Assembly: GCA_015272215.1 (NCBI GenBank)
Contig: JACYMD010000048.1
Coordinates: forward strand, 4,874-68,873
Source: Rivularia sp. T60_A2020_040
GTDB lineage: Bacteria; Cyanobacteriota; Cyanobacteriia; Cyanobacteriales; Nostocaceae
Direction of reading: 5' to 3'
DNA length: 64,000 nt
In this document: in pieces, positions 40,208 through 49,993 of the stretch
How the letters are laid out: each line of letters opens with the position of its first letter
Numbering within the stretch: position 1 is the stretch's first letter
Notes under the pieces: model-generated
What the model was told of the DNA's origin: nothing
What the model saw: the letters and a program-made list of their open reading frames with translations, nothing else
The model's database searches: none
Program-made: the position numbers and the translations under genes

Positions 40208-42559
40208 TTACCCATTTCCTCTTAATTGATAATTAATAATTGATATCGGTACTTTATTAAAATAATGTTTCTGAAATTCTTCTTCCCGTATTGCTGCAAT
40301 AAATTTTTCGATGGCATCTGTTCTTTTCTCAGGAGAATTTGTCTCATCTTCATGACTAAATATCAAGTAATTATCTTGCGCTTTGATTGTATATCCTAAA
40401 GTTTTTAAAGCTTGAAAACCTAAATGTAAGGTTTGGTTACTTATTGATAGTTTTTCTAAGATTTTTATGCGGGTAACTACTTGATTAGTACGACACAAAT
40501 ATTTAGCTACTCCTACAAGTTTAAACCAAATTTCTTCTGGTGGTTGGGGATTAGTTTTTGACCATGCTAATGCTAATGGTTGTTGTTTATGAAAGGAACG
40601 TCTTAACCATACCCGTAAGTCATCCCAACGAGTTGGACATTCTTTAACCATCAGGGGAGAATCGGATAATGATGGATAGTTATTCGGGGGCATATTTCGC
40701 CAGTCTAAAATACATGACAAACTGTTATTAACTGGATTAATTGCATTTTCAGTCTGGCGTACTGCTATCAGTCGAATTTCATAACGTTTTTTAAAAGTGT
40801 TATAGTCTAACTCAACTATACAATCGCATTTCTCAGATGGTAATTCATCTTTATAATGTCCCCACCAAATGCCAGGAAAAGTATTTTTGGTAGATTCATC
40901 TCGGATATTAAATTCTGCTTTGATATACTGGATTTTTTGACCCCGTGAATCTTGTTGATTACGATGCCAAGTATTTTCAAACCAACAGTTTTTTATCAAT
41001 AATTTTGGTACTGGATTACCCATTCCGCAGGGTTCAAGTAATTTTAATTCTAAAAATAATTCTTTCCCTAAGTCTGCAACAGTTACGATTAAATCTGCTT
41101 CTACTGTTGGTTTTGGTGTTGTACCTCCGCTTATTTGTCGCAACCGCTGGTTAATTGCTTGTGTAAATAAAGGGATATTTTCTACTGGAATACTCAAACC
41201 TGCTGCAAACGGATGTCCTCCGAAACGATGCAGTAAATGTGCTTGATCTTTGACTAATTGATATAAATCTACTGAGTTAACTGAACGTGCTGAACCTCTT
41301 GCTAAGGTAAGGGATGGGGTAAAATCAATATTCTCTTTGTCGTCTTCTACTACTACTTCTGTACTTAATAAAATTGTCGGTCTTCCTGTATCTTGTGCTA
41401 CTTGCCCTGCAACTAGTCCCAGAACACCAACCGCCCATTGAGGGTCTGAAATAACTATAACACTGGTAGTTGATAAGTCTATTTGAGAAAGCTTTTGTTC
41501 GACGTGACGGGCTACGTCTTTTTGTAAGGATTTACGACGGCTGTTTGCAAGTTCGGTGATTTCTGCTAGTTCACAAACCCGCTGATGGTCCGTACTAGTT
41601 AGTAATTCTACGCAAAAGCTTGCGTCTCCTTGAATACGACTGACTGCATTGATTCGCGGTCCCAAACCAAAGGAAATATCTGTAGGGCGATCGCCATTTT
41701 TCTGGCATAATTCTAGCAGTCTGCCTACACCTGGTCTTCTTCTTGCTGTTGGTGGTTTTTTAAAGTCCTGTTGTAGTTGTCCAATTCCTAATTGTGCTAG
41801 GTAGCGACAATCTCCGCTCAACTGAACTAAGTCGGCGATTAATCCCACTGCTACTAAGTCTAATAAATCTTCTAATGGCTGTTGCGGTATGTGTGGCAAG
41901 CTGATGTAAAGAGCTTCTACTAGTTTATAAGCTACCGCTACCCCGGAAAGGTGAAATAGTTGATGGGATTCGGGTAAATTGCGGGGATTAATAATTGCGG
42001 TTACGGGTGGACGTTCTGGTAATAAGGTATGATGGTCTGTAACAATAATGTCTATGCCTAAGTTGTTTGCATAGATGATTTCATCAATATTAGTGCTGCC
42101 AGTATCGCAAGTAACTATTAGCTGACATTCTTGTTTTTTAAGCCTTTCGATTCCTGAAATATTTAAACCGTGAGATTCTGTTAGCCGATTAGGTATGTAA
42201 TAATTTAACTGCGTATTTTTGGCAAAAAACTGTCCCAAACCATCCCACAATACTGCTGTCGATGTGATACCGTCAGCGTCGAAATCTCCCCAAATTGTCA
42301 CTTTTTCATGGTTATTTCGCGCTTGTTGCAATCTTTTTACAGCTAAGTGCATTTCTTGTCCAAATTCAAAGGGACTTGCACTTTTATAAATTTGGGGATT
42401 AATATAATTTTCTAGCCGAATTTGATCTCTAATTCCTCGTTGCCATAATAATTGTGCAGCAAAATTACCTTTTGAGGTAGAGATGTATGTTTGAACTAAT
42501 TCTAAGAACCATTCGGGTGGTTCTTCGCTTGATTTAAGAATCCATTGTTGTTCGGACAT
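40208..42559 (-). CDS. recJ: Single-stranded-DNA-specific exonuclease RecJ
   Basis: WGDFDADGITS, IVTCDTG, VTDHH (DHH), LIADLV, GPRINA, GSARS, GGHPFAAG, LEPCGMGNP. Confidence 0.93.
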   Translation of the reverse strand: MSEQQWILKSSEEPPEWFLELVQTYISTSKGNFAAQLLWQRGIRDQIRLENYINPQIYKSASPFEFGQEMHLAVKRLQQARNNHEKVTIWGDFDADGITSTAVLWDGLGQFFAKNTQLNYYIPNRLTESHGLNISGIERLKKQECQLIVTCDTGSTNIDEIIYANNLGIDIIVTDHHTLLPERPPVTAIINPRNLPESHQLFHLSGVAVAYKLVEALYISLPHIPQQPLEDLLDLVAVGLIADLVQLSGDCRYLAQLGIGQLQQDFKKPPTARRRPGVGRLLELCQKNGDRPTDISFGLGPRINAVSRIQGDASFCVELLTSTDHQRVCELAEITELANSRRKSLQKDVARHVEQKLSQIDLSTTSVIVISDPQWAVGVLGLVAGQVAQDTGRPTILLSTEVVVEDDKENIDFTPSLTLARGSARSVNSVDLYQLVKDQAHLLHRFGGHPFAAGLSIPVENIPLFTQAINQRLRQISGGTTPKPTVEADLIVTVADLGKELFLELKLLEPCGMGNPVPKLLIKNCWFENTWHRNQQDSRGQKIQYIKAEFNIRDESTKNTFPGIWWGHYKDELPSEKCDCIVELDYNTFKKRYEIRLIAVRQTENAINPVNNSLSCILDWRNMPPNNYPSLSDSPLMVKECPTRWDDLRVWLRRSFHKQQPLALAWSKTNPQPPEEIWFKLVGVAKYLCRTNQVVTRIKILEKLSISNQTLHLGFQALKTLGYTIKAQDNYLIFSHEDETNSPEKRTDAIEKFIAAIREEEFQKHYFNKVPISIINYQLRGNG

Positions 42560-42859
42560 TATCAGATTTTAGATTTTAGATTTTAGATTTTAGGTTTTGT
42601 AGTTGGGCTTTAGCCCTTAATCAGTTATCAAATAAGAGCGTGGTTATCGCAACAAATAACCTTGAGTTATCCATAAAAAGTCAATCCAAATTATTTATAT
42701 ATTTACAACTCAGTTATATAAATGTTTTCCCCAATTCTACTCTCTTTTACATATTTGAGCCGAGAAAAAGTAGTTACACCAATAAATCAATCTAACTTAT
42801 AAATTCTAACTTCTAACTTAGATTAATCCAAAATCTAACATCTAAAATCCCAAATTGTT

Positions 42860-43489
42860 TCAGCTTAATTGATTTTCTTCATCAAATTCTTTCTCTATAG
42901 GTTTAATAATCGTTTCACCACCAATTAGTTCTTGTTTACGTGCGCGGATAGAATTAGAACGTCTATAACCAGCCCTTTCTGCTTTTTGATGTTCGTATTC
43001 TATTAATCTGCCATATTGTTCGTGTTTGCTTAAATTCATCGATAAAAAAATGTGTTGCCGTGTATTACCAAAACCTTTACGATGAAAGAACTTAACCGCT
43101 GGAACATTCGCTGGATCTGTATCTGCAAGCATAAATCTTGCACCGTCTTCAATCATCCGAGCAATCAGGTTATCAACTAATTTATCGGCTACCCGACGAC
43201 GTTGAAATTTCGGATTTACTCCCAACCACAATATATAACCATAAGTCCAAGATGCTTTACTAATAATCGTTCCTAAGATAAATCCTGCTAATTCTTGATC
43301 AACTTCAGAAACCAAACAATATTCTGCATCTGTATTGTAAAGTCCAATTACCTCCCATTCATCCCAGGTTCTATATAAATAAGGATACAAATCACTAGTA
43401 AATAATTGTTCACCTAAATGAAAAACTGGCGCAATGTCATCAATTTTTAATTCACGCACGTAAACTACATTGTTATTTTCTGACTGCAT
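42860..43489 (-). CDS. GNAT-family N-acetyltransferase
   Basis: WLGVNPKFQRRRVADKL acetyl-CoA motif; NVPAVKFFHRKGF. Confidence 0.85.
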   Translation of the reverse strand: MQSENNNVVYVRELKIDDIAPVFHLGEQLFTSDLYPYLYRTWDEWEVIGLYNTDAEYCLVSEVDQELAGFILGTIISKASWTYGYILWLGVNPKFQRRRVADKLVDNLIARMIEDGARFMLADTDPANVPAVKFFHRKGFGNTRQHIFLSMNLSKHEQYGRLIEYEHQKAERAGYRRSNSIRARKQELIGGETIIKPIEKEFDEENQLS

Positions 43490-43507
43490 AAAATAATTAA
43501 GAAGTTA

Positions 43508-44386
43508 TCAACCTTTTATAGGTACTTCTTGAATGTTAGCTAAGTTAACTAAGGTTACATCGACTCCAGGTAAATTTTGAGCCGATGATTTTGTATCAGA
43601 ACCAACAATCTGTCTTTGACAACGAGAAGCATACTGACAATGATTACACGTTTTGTTACCTTCGGATAGTTGAGGAAATTGTTCTCCTTGTTGATAAGCT
43701 TCTAGCCATTGAGTTAACCGATTTAAATGTTGGTTGAGTTTCTTTTTGGTTTGCTGATGCTGGGAAGAATTATAACTAAATTTAATACTGTGTGGTTTGC
43801 TTGGAGACTGCACAAACCAATAAGTCATGGAAATATTTTCTGGTGGATAATCGCTGGTTTCTGCTAATACGTACAGATAAAGACGTGTTTGCCAATTGTA
43901 TTGCAGTTTACGTTTATTTTCCGGTTTGGGATAAGTTTTCCAGTCAAAAATCTCTGCTTGTTCTGGATTTGCAATCAATAAATCGTAAATAGCCGTCAGC
44001 AGATAATTTTCTACTTGCAATGTACGGTAATGTTCGCTTTCGCGAAATATCTCGCTATTTCCATTATTAATTAAAATTTCTGGTGCTGCTATCGCAAAAG
44101 CTTTTATCCAATTTTGCAGTTGCGAAATATCATGATTATTTTTACGATCATCATCATCAGCTTGCAAAAATTTATCAATTTCCAAACCCATTTCTTGCTG
44201 CTGCATCAATAAGTGAAAGCGGCTTCCCTGTAACTGTTTTTCTTGATTTTCTGGCTTTGTTGGGGGACGGAGTTGTTCTAAATAAGTATGTTGAAATTCA
44301 CGCGGACAACGTTCTAATAAGTTAAGTTGTCCTTGAGAAATTCGCAGTAATTGATTTTGTGGCGAATTAGTTATGGAAATCATCAT
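43508..44386 (-). CDS. PD-(D/E)XK nuclease family protein (RecB/AddB/Cas4-like, Fe-S Cys set)
   Basis: LERCPR, GSRFH, YDLL, IFDWKT, YLYVL, C-terminal CNHCQYASRC. Confidence 0.8.
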   Translation of the reverse strand: MMISITNSPQNQLLRISQGQLNLLERCPREFQHTYLEQLRPPTKPENQEKQLQGSRFHLLMQQQEMGLEIDKFLQADDDDRKNNHDISQLQNWIKAFAIAAPEILINNGNSEIFRESEHYRTLQVENYLLTAIYDLLIANPEQAEIFDWKTYPKPENKRKLQYNWQTRLYLYVLAETSDYPPENISMTYWFVQSPSKPHSIKFSYNSSQHQQTKKKLNQHLNRLTQWLEAYQQGEQFPQLSEGNKTCNHCQYASRCQRQIVGSDTKSSAQNLPGVDVTLVNLANIQEVPIKG

Positions 44387-44475
44387 TTGTGATACTTTTA
44401 TTTATTTTAATTATAATTAGCTAAATAATAAAAATATAAATCAAAATATAACTAACCTAAAACTGTAATATTTTT

Positions 44476-44523
44476 AGTCCATTTTAATGGACTTCTGCTA
44501 TCAGACTGGGACTTGCAGTCCCA
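44476..44523. repeat. Double-hairpin REP-like arm related to 14007-14053
   Basis: AGTCCATTTTAATGGACT-13 nt linker-TGGGACTTGCAGTCCCA; same spacing and linker pattern, with compensatory stem changes. Confidence 0.6.
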
Positions 44524-44830
44524 GGCAGGTAAAAAATTACTTTAACCATCGGTTTCTATGATGCAAAATATGAATTAACATATATCAATCACAAATTTTT
44601 ATGCTTAATAATCTCTAAAAATCTATTTATTATATTTAATATATTTAATATATTTAATTTAATTATATTACTCCTATCCCACTCTAAAATTACCTTTCAC
44701 CCATGGAGGGTGCAGTTCATCTAGTTCATCTATTTTTACCTCTTTCCTCTGTCTAGCCAAAGTTTTTCATGGGGGAAACCCCCAAGACTACACTTTATGT
44801 CCTACGGACACGCTCCGCTAACGCTGCGTA

Positions 44831-44883
44831 CTCTGCGTCTAGTAAGGTTTTTTTATCGGTAATCTTCTGCCGCGAAGGGAGTA
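44831..44883. repeat. 53-bp dispersed repeat (second copy at 6718-6770)
   Basis: 45/53 identity by manual alignment; begins CTCTGCGTCTAGTAAGGTTTTTT. Confidence 0.75.
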
Positions 44884-45065
44884 TATTTCATTTAATCTAA
44901 TTTAATTATATTTAATTATATTTAATTTAATTATATTTAATTTAATACAAAATAAGCTCACATAACATTTTTTCAATAAATACAACCTATTTATCAGAAG
45001 AATTGATAATTGCATTTTGTAAATTGATTTATGTTATAAATACATGGTATTCTTCTGTTTGTATC

Positions 45066-45860
45066 ATGAAAAATTTAGTTAGTCGTGTTTGTTTTCTTTT
45101 AGTTGTATTACTTGGAATTCAGTCTTCAAAAGCAAATACTCTTCGACATGATTTTGAAGAAGCTAAATTTCAGAAGGGAGATGTTTGGAATGCTTTAGAA
45201 GCTTGTTGCAAACATTCTTATAAATATTCAAGTACTACGTTTTATCAAGGAAAACAATCGGCTAAATTTGAATTGCGAAGGGATGATAAGGAAATTCATG
45301 ACAGTAAACGTTCCGAACTTGCCACAAGATTAGAAGAGCCTGGGGGTGATAATTGGTATCGCTTGAGAATGTTTATTCCAGATAATTGGGAAACTGATTC
45401 CGATTCATTTGAAATTATCAGTCAATGGCACAGCTACCCTGACTTAGATAAAGGAGAAAATTGGCGAAGTCCACCTTTATCAATGGGTATTAAAGGCAAT
45501 AAAATTAGTATACAAAAACAATGGGATTCTAAGGAAGTAACTGAAAATAACACTCCCGAAGGTAAGTCGGTTTTATGGGAAGGAAATTTAGATGATTTGA
45601 AAGGGAGATGGGTTGAATGGACTTTTCATATGAAATGGTCTTATTTACAGGATGGAATCGTAGAAGTTTGGCAAGATAAACAAAAAATTGTTAACAGTAA
45701 AGGTGCCAATTCTTATAATGATGAAAGAGGTGTTTATTTAAAAATTGGTTTATATAAACCAGATTGGAAATACAATCCCCAAAAATCTGTTGTCGATTCT
45801 CGAATAATTTATTTTGATGATGTAGAAATTGGCTACGGCGAGAAAATTTCTGGTTTTTAA
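45066..45860 (+). CDS. Secreted polysaccharide lyase-like protein (heparin lyase I / Polysacc_lyase fold)
   Basis: Signal peptide; SAKFELRRDD, KRSEL, FEIISQWH, SPPL, YLKIGLYK, IIYFDDVEIG. Confidence 0.72.
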   Translation: MKNLVSRVCFLLVVLLGIQSSKANTLRHDFEEAKFQKGDVWNALEACCKHSYKYSSTTFYQGKQSAKFELRRDDKEIHDSKRSELATRLEEPGGDNWYRLRMFIPDNWETDSDSFEIISQWHSYPDLDKGENWRSPPLSMGIKGNKISIQKQWDSKEVTENNTPEGKSVLWEGNLDDLKGRWVEWTFHMKWSYLQDGIVEVWQDKQKIVNSKGANSYNDERGVYLKIGLYKPDWKYNPQKSVVDSRIIYFDDVEIGYGEKISGF

Positions 45861-46018
45861 TAACACTTAATAATGACTACTTGCAACCTTCAACCTTTGA
45901 CCTTTGACTTTTAACCTCTAACCTATTCCCTGTTTCCATAAAAAATAAAAAGGTAAAAGGTAAAAGAACGAAATTTAGCTTTGTTCCTTTTCCTTTTTCC
46001 TTTATTCGTACCTGATGC

Positions 46019-46225
46019 TTATTTCATATTAGCTCGTGCATCTCGTACTGCGGCAAAGAAAAACAAAATTGTCAGCGGAATGCTAATTCCTAAGATAATC
46101 GCCGTATTTTGCATTCCTAAATCTGGTTGTCCCGAACTGAGTTCAAAAACTGAACCAACTGCTGCGATTGCAGCAATGCAAGAACCAAGTAAAAACAAAC
46201 CCGCAATTGGAGTCATCGTGTTCAT
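46019..46225 (-). CDS. Small two-TM hypothetical membrane protein
   Basis: Follows def by 11 bp; two hydrophobic segments around VFELSSGQPDLG. Confidence 0.7.
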   Translation of the reverse strand: MNTMTPIAGLFLLGSCIAAIAAVGSVFELSSGQPDLGMQNTAIILGISIPLTILFFFAAVRDARANMK

Positions 46226-46236
46226 AAATTTTCCCC

Positions 46237-46800
46237 CTATGCTATTGATTTTACAGCTTGATGGGAAAAACCATACTTGGATAGCTCTTCTGTCAAAGCT
46301 AAACTGTTTTCTACTCTGTCTACAAATACTACACCGTTAAGATGATCCATCTCGTGTTGGATACAACGTCCGAGCAAATCCCCAGCTTTCAAAGTTTGGG
46401 GACGACCATTTTCATCTTTATAGCTAATTTCTACCATTTCAGGACGCTTGACATCCAGATAAACACCCGGAATGCTTAGACATCCTTCTTGTTCTACGCA
46501 GATGTTACCATAGACTTTTTTAATCATTGGGTTAATTAAAATTAATGGCGGATTAGCTGCGTTATCCGGTTCAATATCTATGACGATAAGTTGTTTGTGA
46601 ACTGCGACTTGGGGTGCAGCTAAACCAATACCGTCATTGCTGTACATCGTTTGCAGCATTTCGCGCACCAATTGACGAATTTCGTCATCCACCCTTGATA
46701 TGCGCTTTGCAGGTTGTCTTAAAACCTTATCCCCCAAGTAATGAAGTTCCAAGGGCGGATTTTTTAACTTTTTTTTCTCAACAGCGATCGCAGAGGACAT
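46237..46800 (-). CDS. def: Peptide deformylase
   Basis: GIGLAAPQV, EGCLSIP, CIQHEMDHLNG. Confidence 0.96.
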   Translation of the reverse strand: MSSAIAVEKKKLKNPPLELHYLGDKVLRQPAKRISRVDDEIRQLVREMLQTMYSNDGIGLAAPQVAVHKQLIVIDIEPDNAANPPLILINPMIKKVYGNICVEQEGCLSIPGVYLDVKRPEMVEISYKDENGRPQTLKAGDLLGRCIQHEMDHLNGVVFVDRVENSLALTEELSKYGFSHQAVKSIA

Positions 46801-47122
46801 AGTTTTCTAACTCACAACTATCAACGTGAAATGGTTCCGCTTTACTTTATATTAGCAACCAGGTGCATCGGCAGGAGGAGGATTCGGGAACTCCGGTTCG
46901 GCTATCGTTTGTTTATACATCTTTTTGAGTATCTTAAATCTTTAGTTAGATAATTAGCTAATTAGATATAAATAAGTCATTGGTTATAAGTTTAAAGCAG
47001 GCAAATATCTCACATTAAACCTTGGTTATGACATCTATTTTTGATAATAATTAAAGTACAATAATTGAGATTTGATTTAGATTTGACAGATTATTGAATT
47101 TTACAGGGCGGAAAGTTTATTA

Positions 47123-48577
47123 ATGAATTTAGCTCGTTTTTCTACCGGAATTGTAGGCTTTGATGAAATTCTTCAGGGGGGTTTAATCCCAAAGCGAGCT
47201 TATTTAGCAAGGGGTGGTCCGGGTTGTGGTAAAACTATTTTAGGATTACACTTTTTGGCTGCTGGTATCGCAAAAGGCGAAGCAAGTCTTTATATTACTT
47301 TAGGAGAACCAGCAGCACAAATTAAAACTAATGGTGCAATTCTGGGTTTTGATACTGAAGCGATAAATTTTCTGGATTTAAGTCCCGGTGCAGATTTTTT
47401 CACGCAAATCCAAACTTATGATATATTTTCGGCTGCGGAAGTTGAGCGCGAACCTACGACTCAAAGAATTATTGAGGCAGTACAATCACTGAAGCCAGTA
47501 CGAGTTTTGATTGATTCAATGACACACTTTCGCTATTTGTGTACTGATGATTTTCAGTTTCGTAAACAAGTATTATCATTTGTACAATTTTTATTGCAAG
47601 CTGGCGCAACGGTATTATTTACTTCTGAGAGTAGTCGGGAAGCTCCTGATCATGATTTACAGTTTATTAGTGACGGAGTAATTGACCTGCATAATTCCTT
47701 AGAAGGAAGAAATATTAGCGTTACTAAGTTTCGTGGTTCTGATTTTCTCCCTGGTTTACACTCCCTACGTTTAACTTCTGAGGGAATGCGAGTTGCTCCT
47801 AGATTACAAACACAAATTTTTAAACGAGAATTTAATCTTGAAATAATTTCCTCTGGTGTACCAGAATTAGATGAATTGCTCCATGGTGGTATCGAACGGG
47901 GAACTGTAACAATTGTAACAGGTCCGACGGGTGTGGGTAAAACTACTTTAGGACTCCAGTTTATGAAAGAAGCAGCAGGAAGAGGTGAGCGTTCTGTAAT
48001 TTATAATTTTGAGGAACATGAAGAAACTTTATTGGCTCGTTCTGAAAAGGTAAATATTCCGATTCATGCAATGATTGCAACTGGTAATTTATCTGTTGTC
48101 AGAGTTGAACCTCTAGACTTGACTCCTGACGAATTTGCCAATCTAGTACGTGACGAAGTAGAACAAAATAAAGCCCGTATTGTGATGATTGACAGCATAT
48201 CAGGTTACAGAGTTGCGATGCGTCGTCGTGAAGATTTGGTGACTCATTTGCACGCTTTGTGTAAGTATTTACAAAATATGGGTATTACGGTAATTTTAGT
48301 TAATGAAACAGATAATATCACGGGTGACTTCCGCGTCATTGAATTAGGTATTAGTTATATTGCAGATAATATTATTTTCTTACGTTATTTAGAAATTGAT
48401 GGCAAAATTCAAAAAGCCATTGGTGTATTGAAAAAAAGGTTATCTGATTTTGAAAAAACTTTGCGAGAAATAGAAATTACTCGTTATGGGATTAAAATAG
48501 GTAATCCATTAGTTAATCTCAGAAAAATTCTTAGTGGTAGTCCAGAATGGGTAGATCGAAATGATAGCAAAAAATGA
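47123..48577 (+). CDS. Double-domain KaiC-like (RecA-superfamily) ATPase, non-clock type
   Basis: Two Walker A motifs (GGPGCGKT, GPTGVGKT); STGIVGFDEIL and SSGVPELDELL; VLIDS and VMIDS; ISYIADNII at the phosphosite position; no kaiA/kaiB nearby. Confidence 0.85.
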   Translation: MNLARFSTGIVGFDEILQGGLIPKRAYLARGGPGCGKTILGLHFLAAGIAKGEASLYITLGEPAAQIKTNGAILGFDTEAINFLDLSPGADFFTQIQTYDIFSAAEVEREPTTQRIIEAVQSLKPVRVLIDSMTHFRYLCTDDFQFRKQVLSFVQFLLQAGATVLFTSESSREAPDHDLQFISDGVIDLHNSLEGRNISVTKFRGSDFLPGLHSLRLTSEGMRVAPRLQTQIFKREFNLEIISSGVPELDELLHGGIERGTVTIVTGPTGVGKTTLGLQFMKEAAGRGERSVIYNFEEHEETLLARSEKVNIPIHAMIATGNLSVVRVEPLDLTPDEFANLVRDEVEQNKARIVMIDSISGYRVAMRRREDLVTHLHALCKYLQNMGITVILVNETDNITGDFRVIELGISYIADNIIFLRYLEIDGKIQKAIGVLKKRLSDFEKTLREIEITRYGIKIGNPLVNLRKILSGSPEWVDRNDSKK

Positions 48578-48654
48578 GTTCAAGTTTTTATGCAGCATTA
48601 TTCGTCATTTTGAATTTAGAATTAGTTAATCAATTTTTGAGCAAAGGATTAGGG

Positions 48655-49770
48655 ATGAAAAAGATTTTACTACTTCTCGAACACAAGCAAAATAGATGTT
48701 TGCTATCCCATTCTTTGCAAGAAGCAGGTTATGAAATTTTTTATCCATCTGATAATGATGATTTATTAAAATTAGATAATCCTTTAAAGTTAGATAATTC
48801 TTTTGATTTGTGTATTCTTGGCCCAAGAGCTTTAGATAAGTTCAGTGATTGGGTAGAAGCAACCAAAAAAGCAGAAGAACCTGTTTTTCTACCCTTTCTT
48901 TTAATGACATCCCGTACTGATGTGAAAATGGTAACGCGACATTTATGGAAAATTATTGATGAGTTGATTACTAATCCCATAGAAAAATTAGAATTGCAGG
49001 TGCGTATTGAAGCTTTATTACAAAGACGACAGTTATCATTAAAATTAAAAGCTGCTAACGATAATTTAAGAAATCTCAACGAATTAAAAAGCCGTTTTAT
49101 TTCAGTTGCATCTCATGAGTTTCGCAATCCGCTGCATATTATTTTAGCCTACTCACAAATGCTTTATCGTGGAAGTGAAAAGTTAAGTCCAGAAAAGAAA
49201 CAGGAATTATTTGGGCGCATCAAAGCATCTTCTAGTAAAATGACTAATACTTTAGATGATGTTTTAACATTAACTAAAGGAGAATTGACACAACAAAAGT
49301 GCAATTTACAAAGTTTAGATTTACCTGAGTTTTGCCGTCAACTTATCGCAGAAATTCAGGTAGGTATCGTTACTAACCATAATATTAATTATACAATTCA
49401 CGGTGAATATACAAAAGCTTATTTAGATGAAAATTTACTACGTCAAATTATCACAAATTTGCTCACTAATGCAATCAAATATTCACCATCAAATAGTAAA
49501 GTAGATTTTGATTTGATTTTTGAAAGTAAAGAGATTATATTTAAAATCAAAGATAATGGTATTGGTATACCTTTAAAAGACCAGCCTTATTTATTTGAGT
49601 CATTTCGTCGTGCTTCTAATGTTGGTCAAATCCCCGGTACTGGTTTAGGTTTGGCAATTGTCAAACAATCAGTAGATTTACACGGTGGTCAAATTACTGT
49701 TGATACTCAAGTTGGAATCGGTACCACTTTTACCGTTACTTTACCATGGATTGATACAATTGACGAGTAA
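48655..49770 (+). CDS. Histidine kinase with N-terminal pseudo-receiver domain
   Basis: HisKA ASHEFRNPL; HATPase N/G boxes LLTNAIKYS, DNGIGIP, GTGLGL. The REC-like domain lacks the acidic pair (LEH), the phospho-Asp (DLCILG) and the Lys (ITNP). Confidence 0.85.
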   Translation: MKKILLLLEHKQNRCLLSHSLQEAGYEIFYPSDNDDLLKLDNPLKLDNSFDLCILGPRALDKFSDWVEATKKAEEPVFLPFLLMTSRTDVKMVTRHLWKIIDELITNPIEKLELQVRIEALLQRRQLSLKLKAANDNLRNLNELKSRFISVASHEFRNPLHIILAYSQMLYRGSEKLSPEKKQELFGRIKASSSKMTNTLDDVLTLTKGELTQQKCNLQSLDLPEFCRQLIAEIQVGIVTNHNINYTIHGEYTKAYLDENLLRQIITNLLTNAIKYSPSNSKVDFDLIFESKEIIFKIKDNGIGIPLKDQPYLFESFRRASNVGQIPGTGLGLAIVKQSVDLHGGQITVDTQVGIGTTFTVTLPWIDTIDE

Positions 49771-49993
49771 TATTATTTCCAGGTGATTAGTTATTATTCG
49801 CTGTTGACTGGTAATAGGTAATTGGTAATGGGTAATTGGTAATAGGTAATTGTTGACTGTTCCCAAACCAAGTTTATTATAAGTGTTTAGCCTGAGATGA
49901 TATAATAAGACAAAGAGATGGGTAATCGTTGATTTCTAACTCCTTCAATTCAAAATCTAAAACTTGTGCTGAGCTTGCCGAAGTATCTAAAAT

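Noticed and set aside
42620-42740. oriC / DnaA-box cluster (TTATCCATA, TTTTCCCCA, repeated GTTATC)
   Set aside because: Only mismatched boxes, no regular cluster, and no dnaA/dnaN context.
43508-44386. cas4 of a CRISPR-Cas locus
   Set aside because: No cas1/cas2 or array nearby; treated as a stand-alone PD-(D/E)XK nuclease.
47123-48577. Circadian clock kaiC
   Set aside because: No kaiA/kaiB adjacent, shorter than clock KaiC, SY instead of ST at the phosphosites, and coupled to a histidine kinase.
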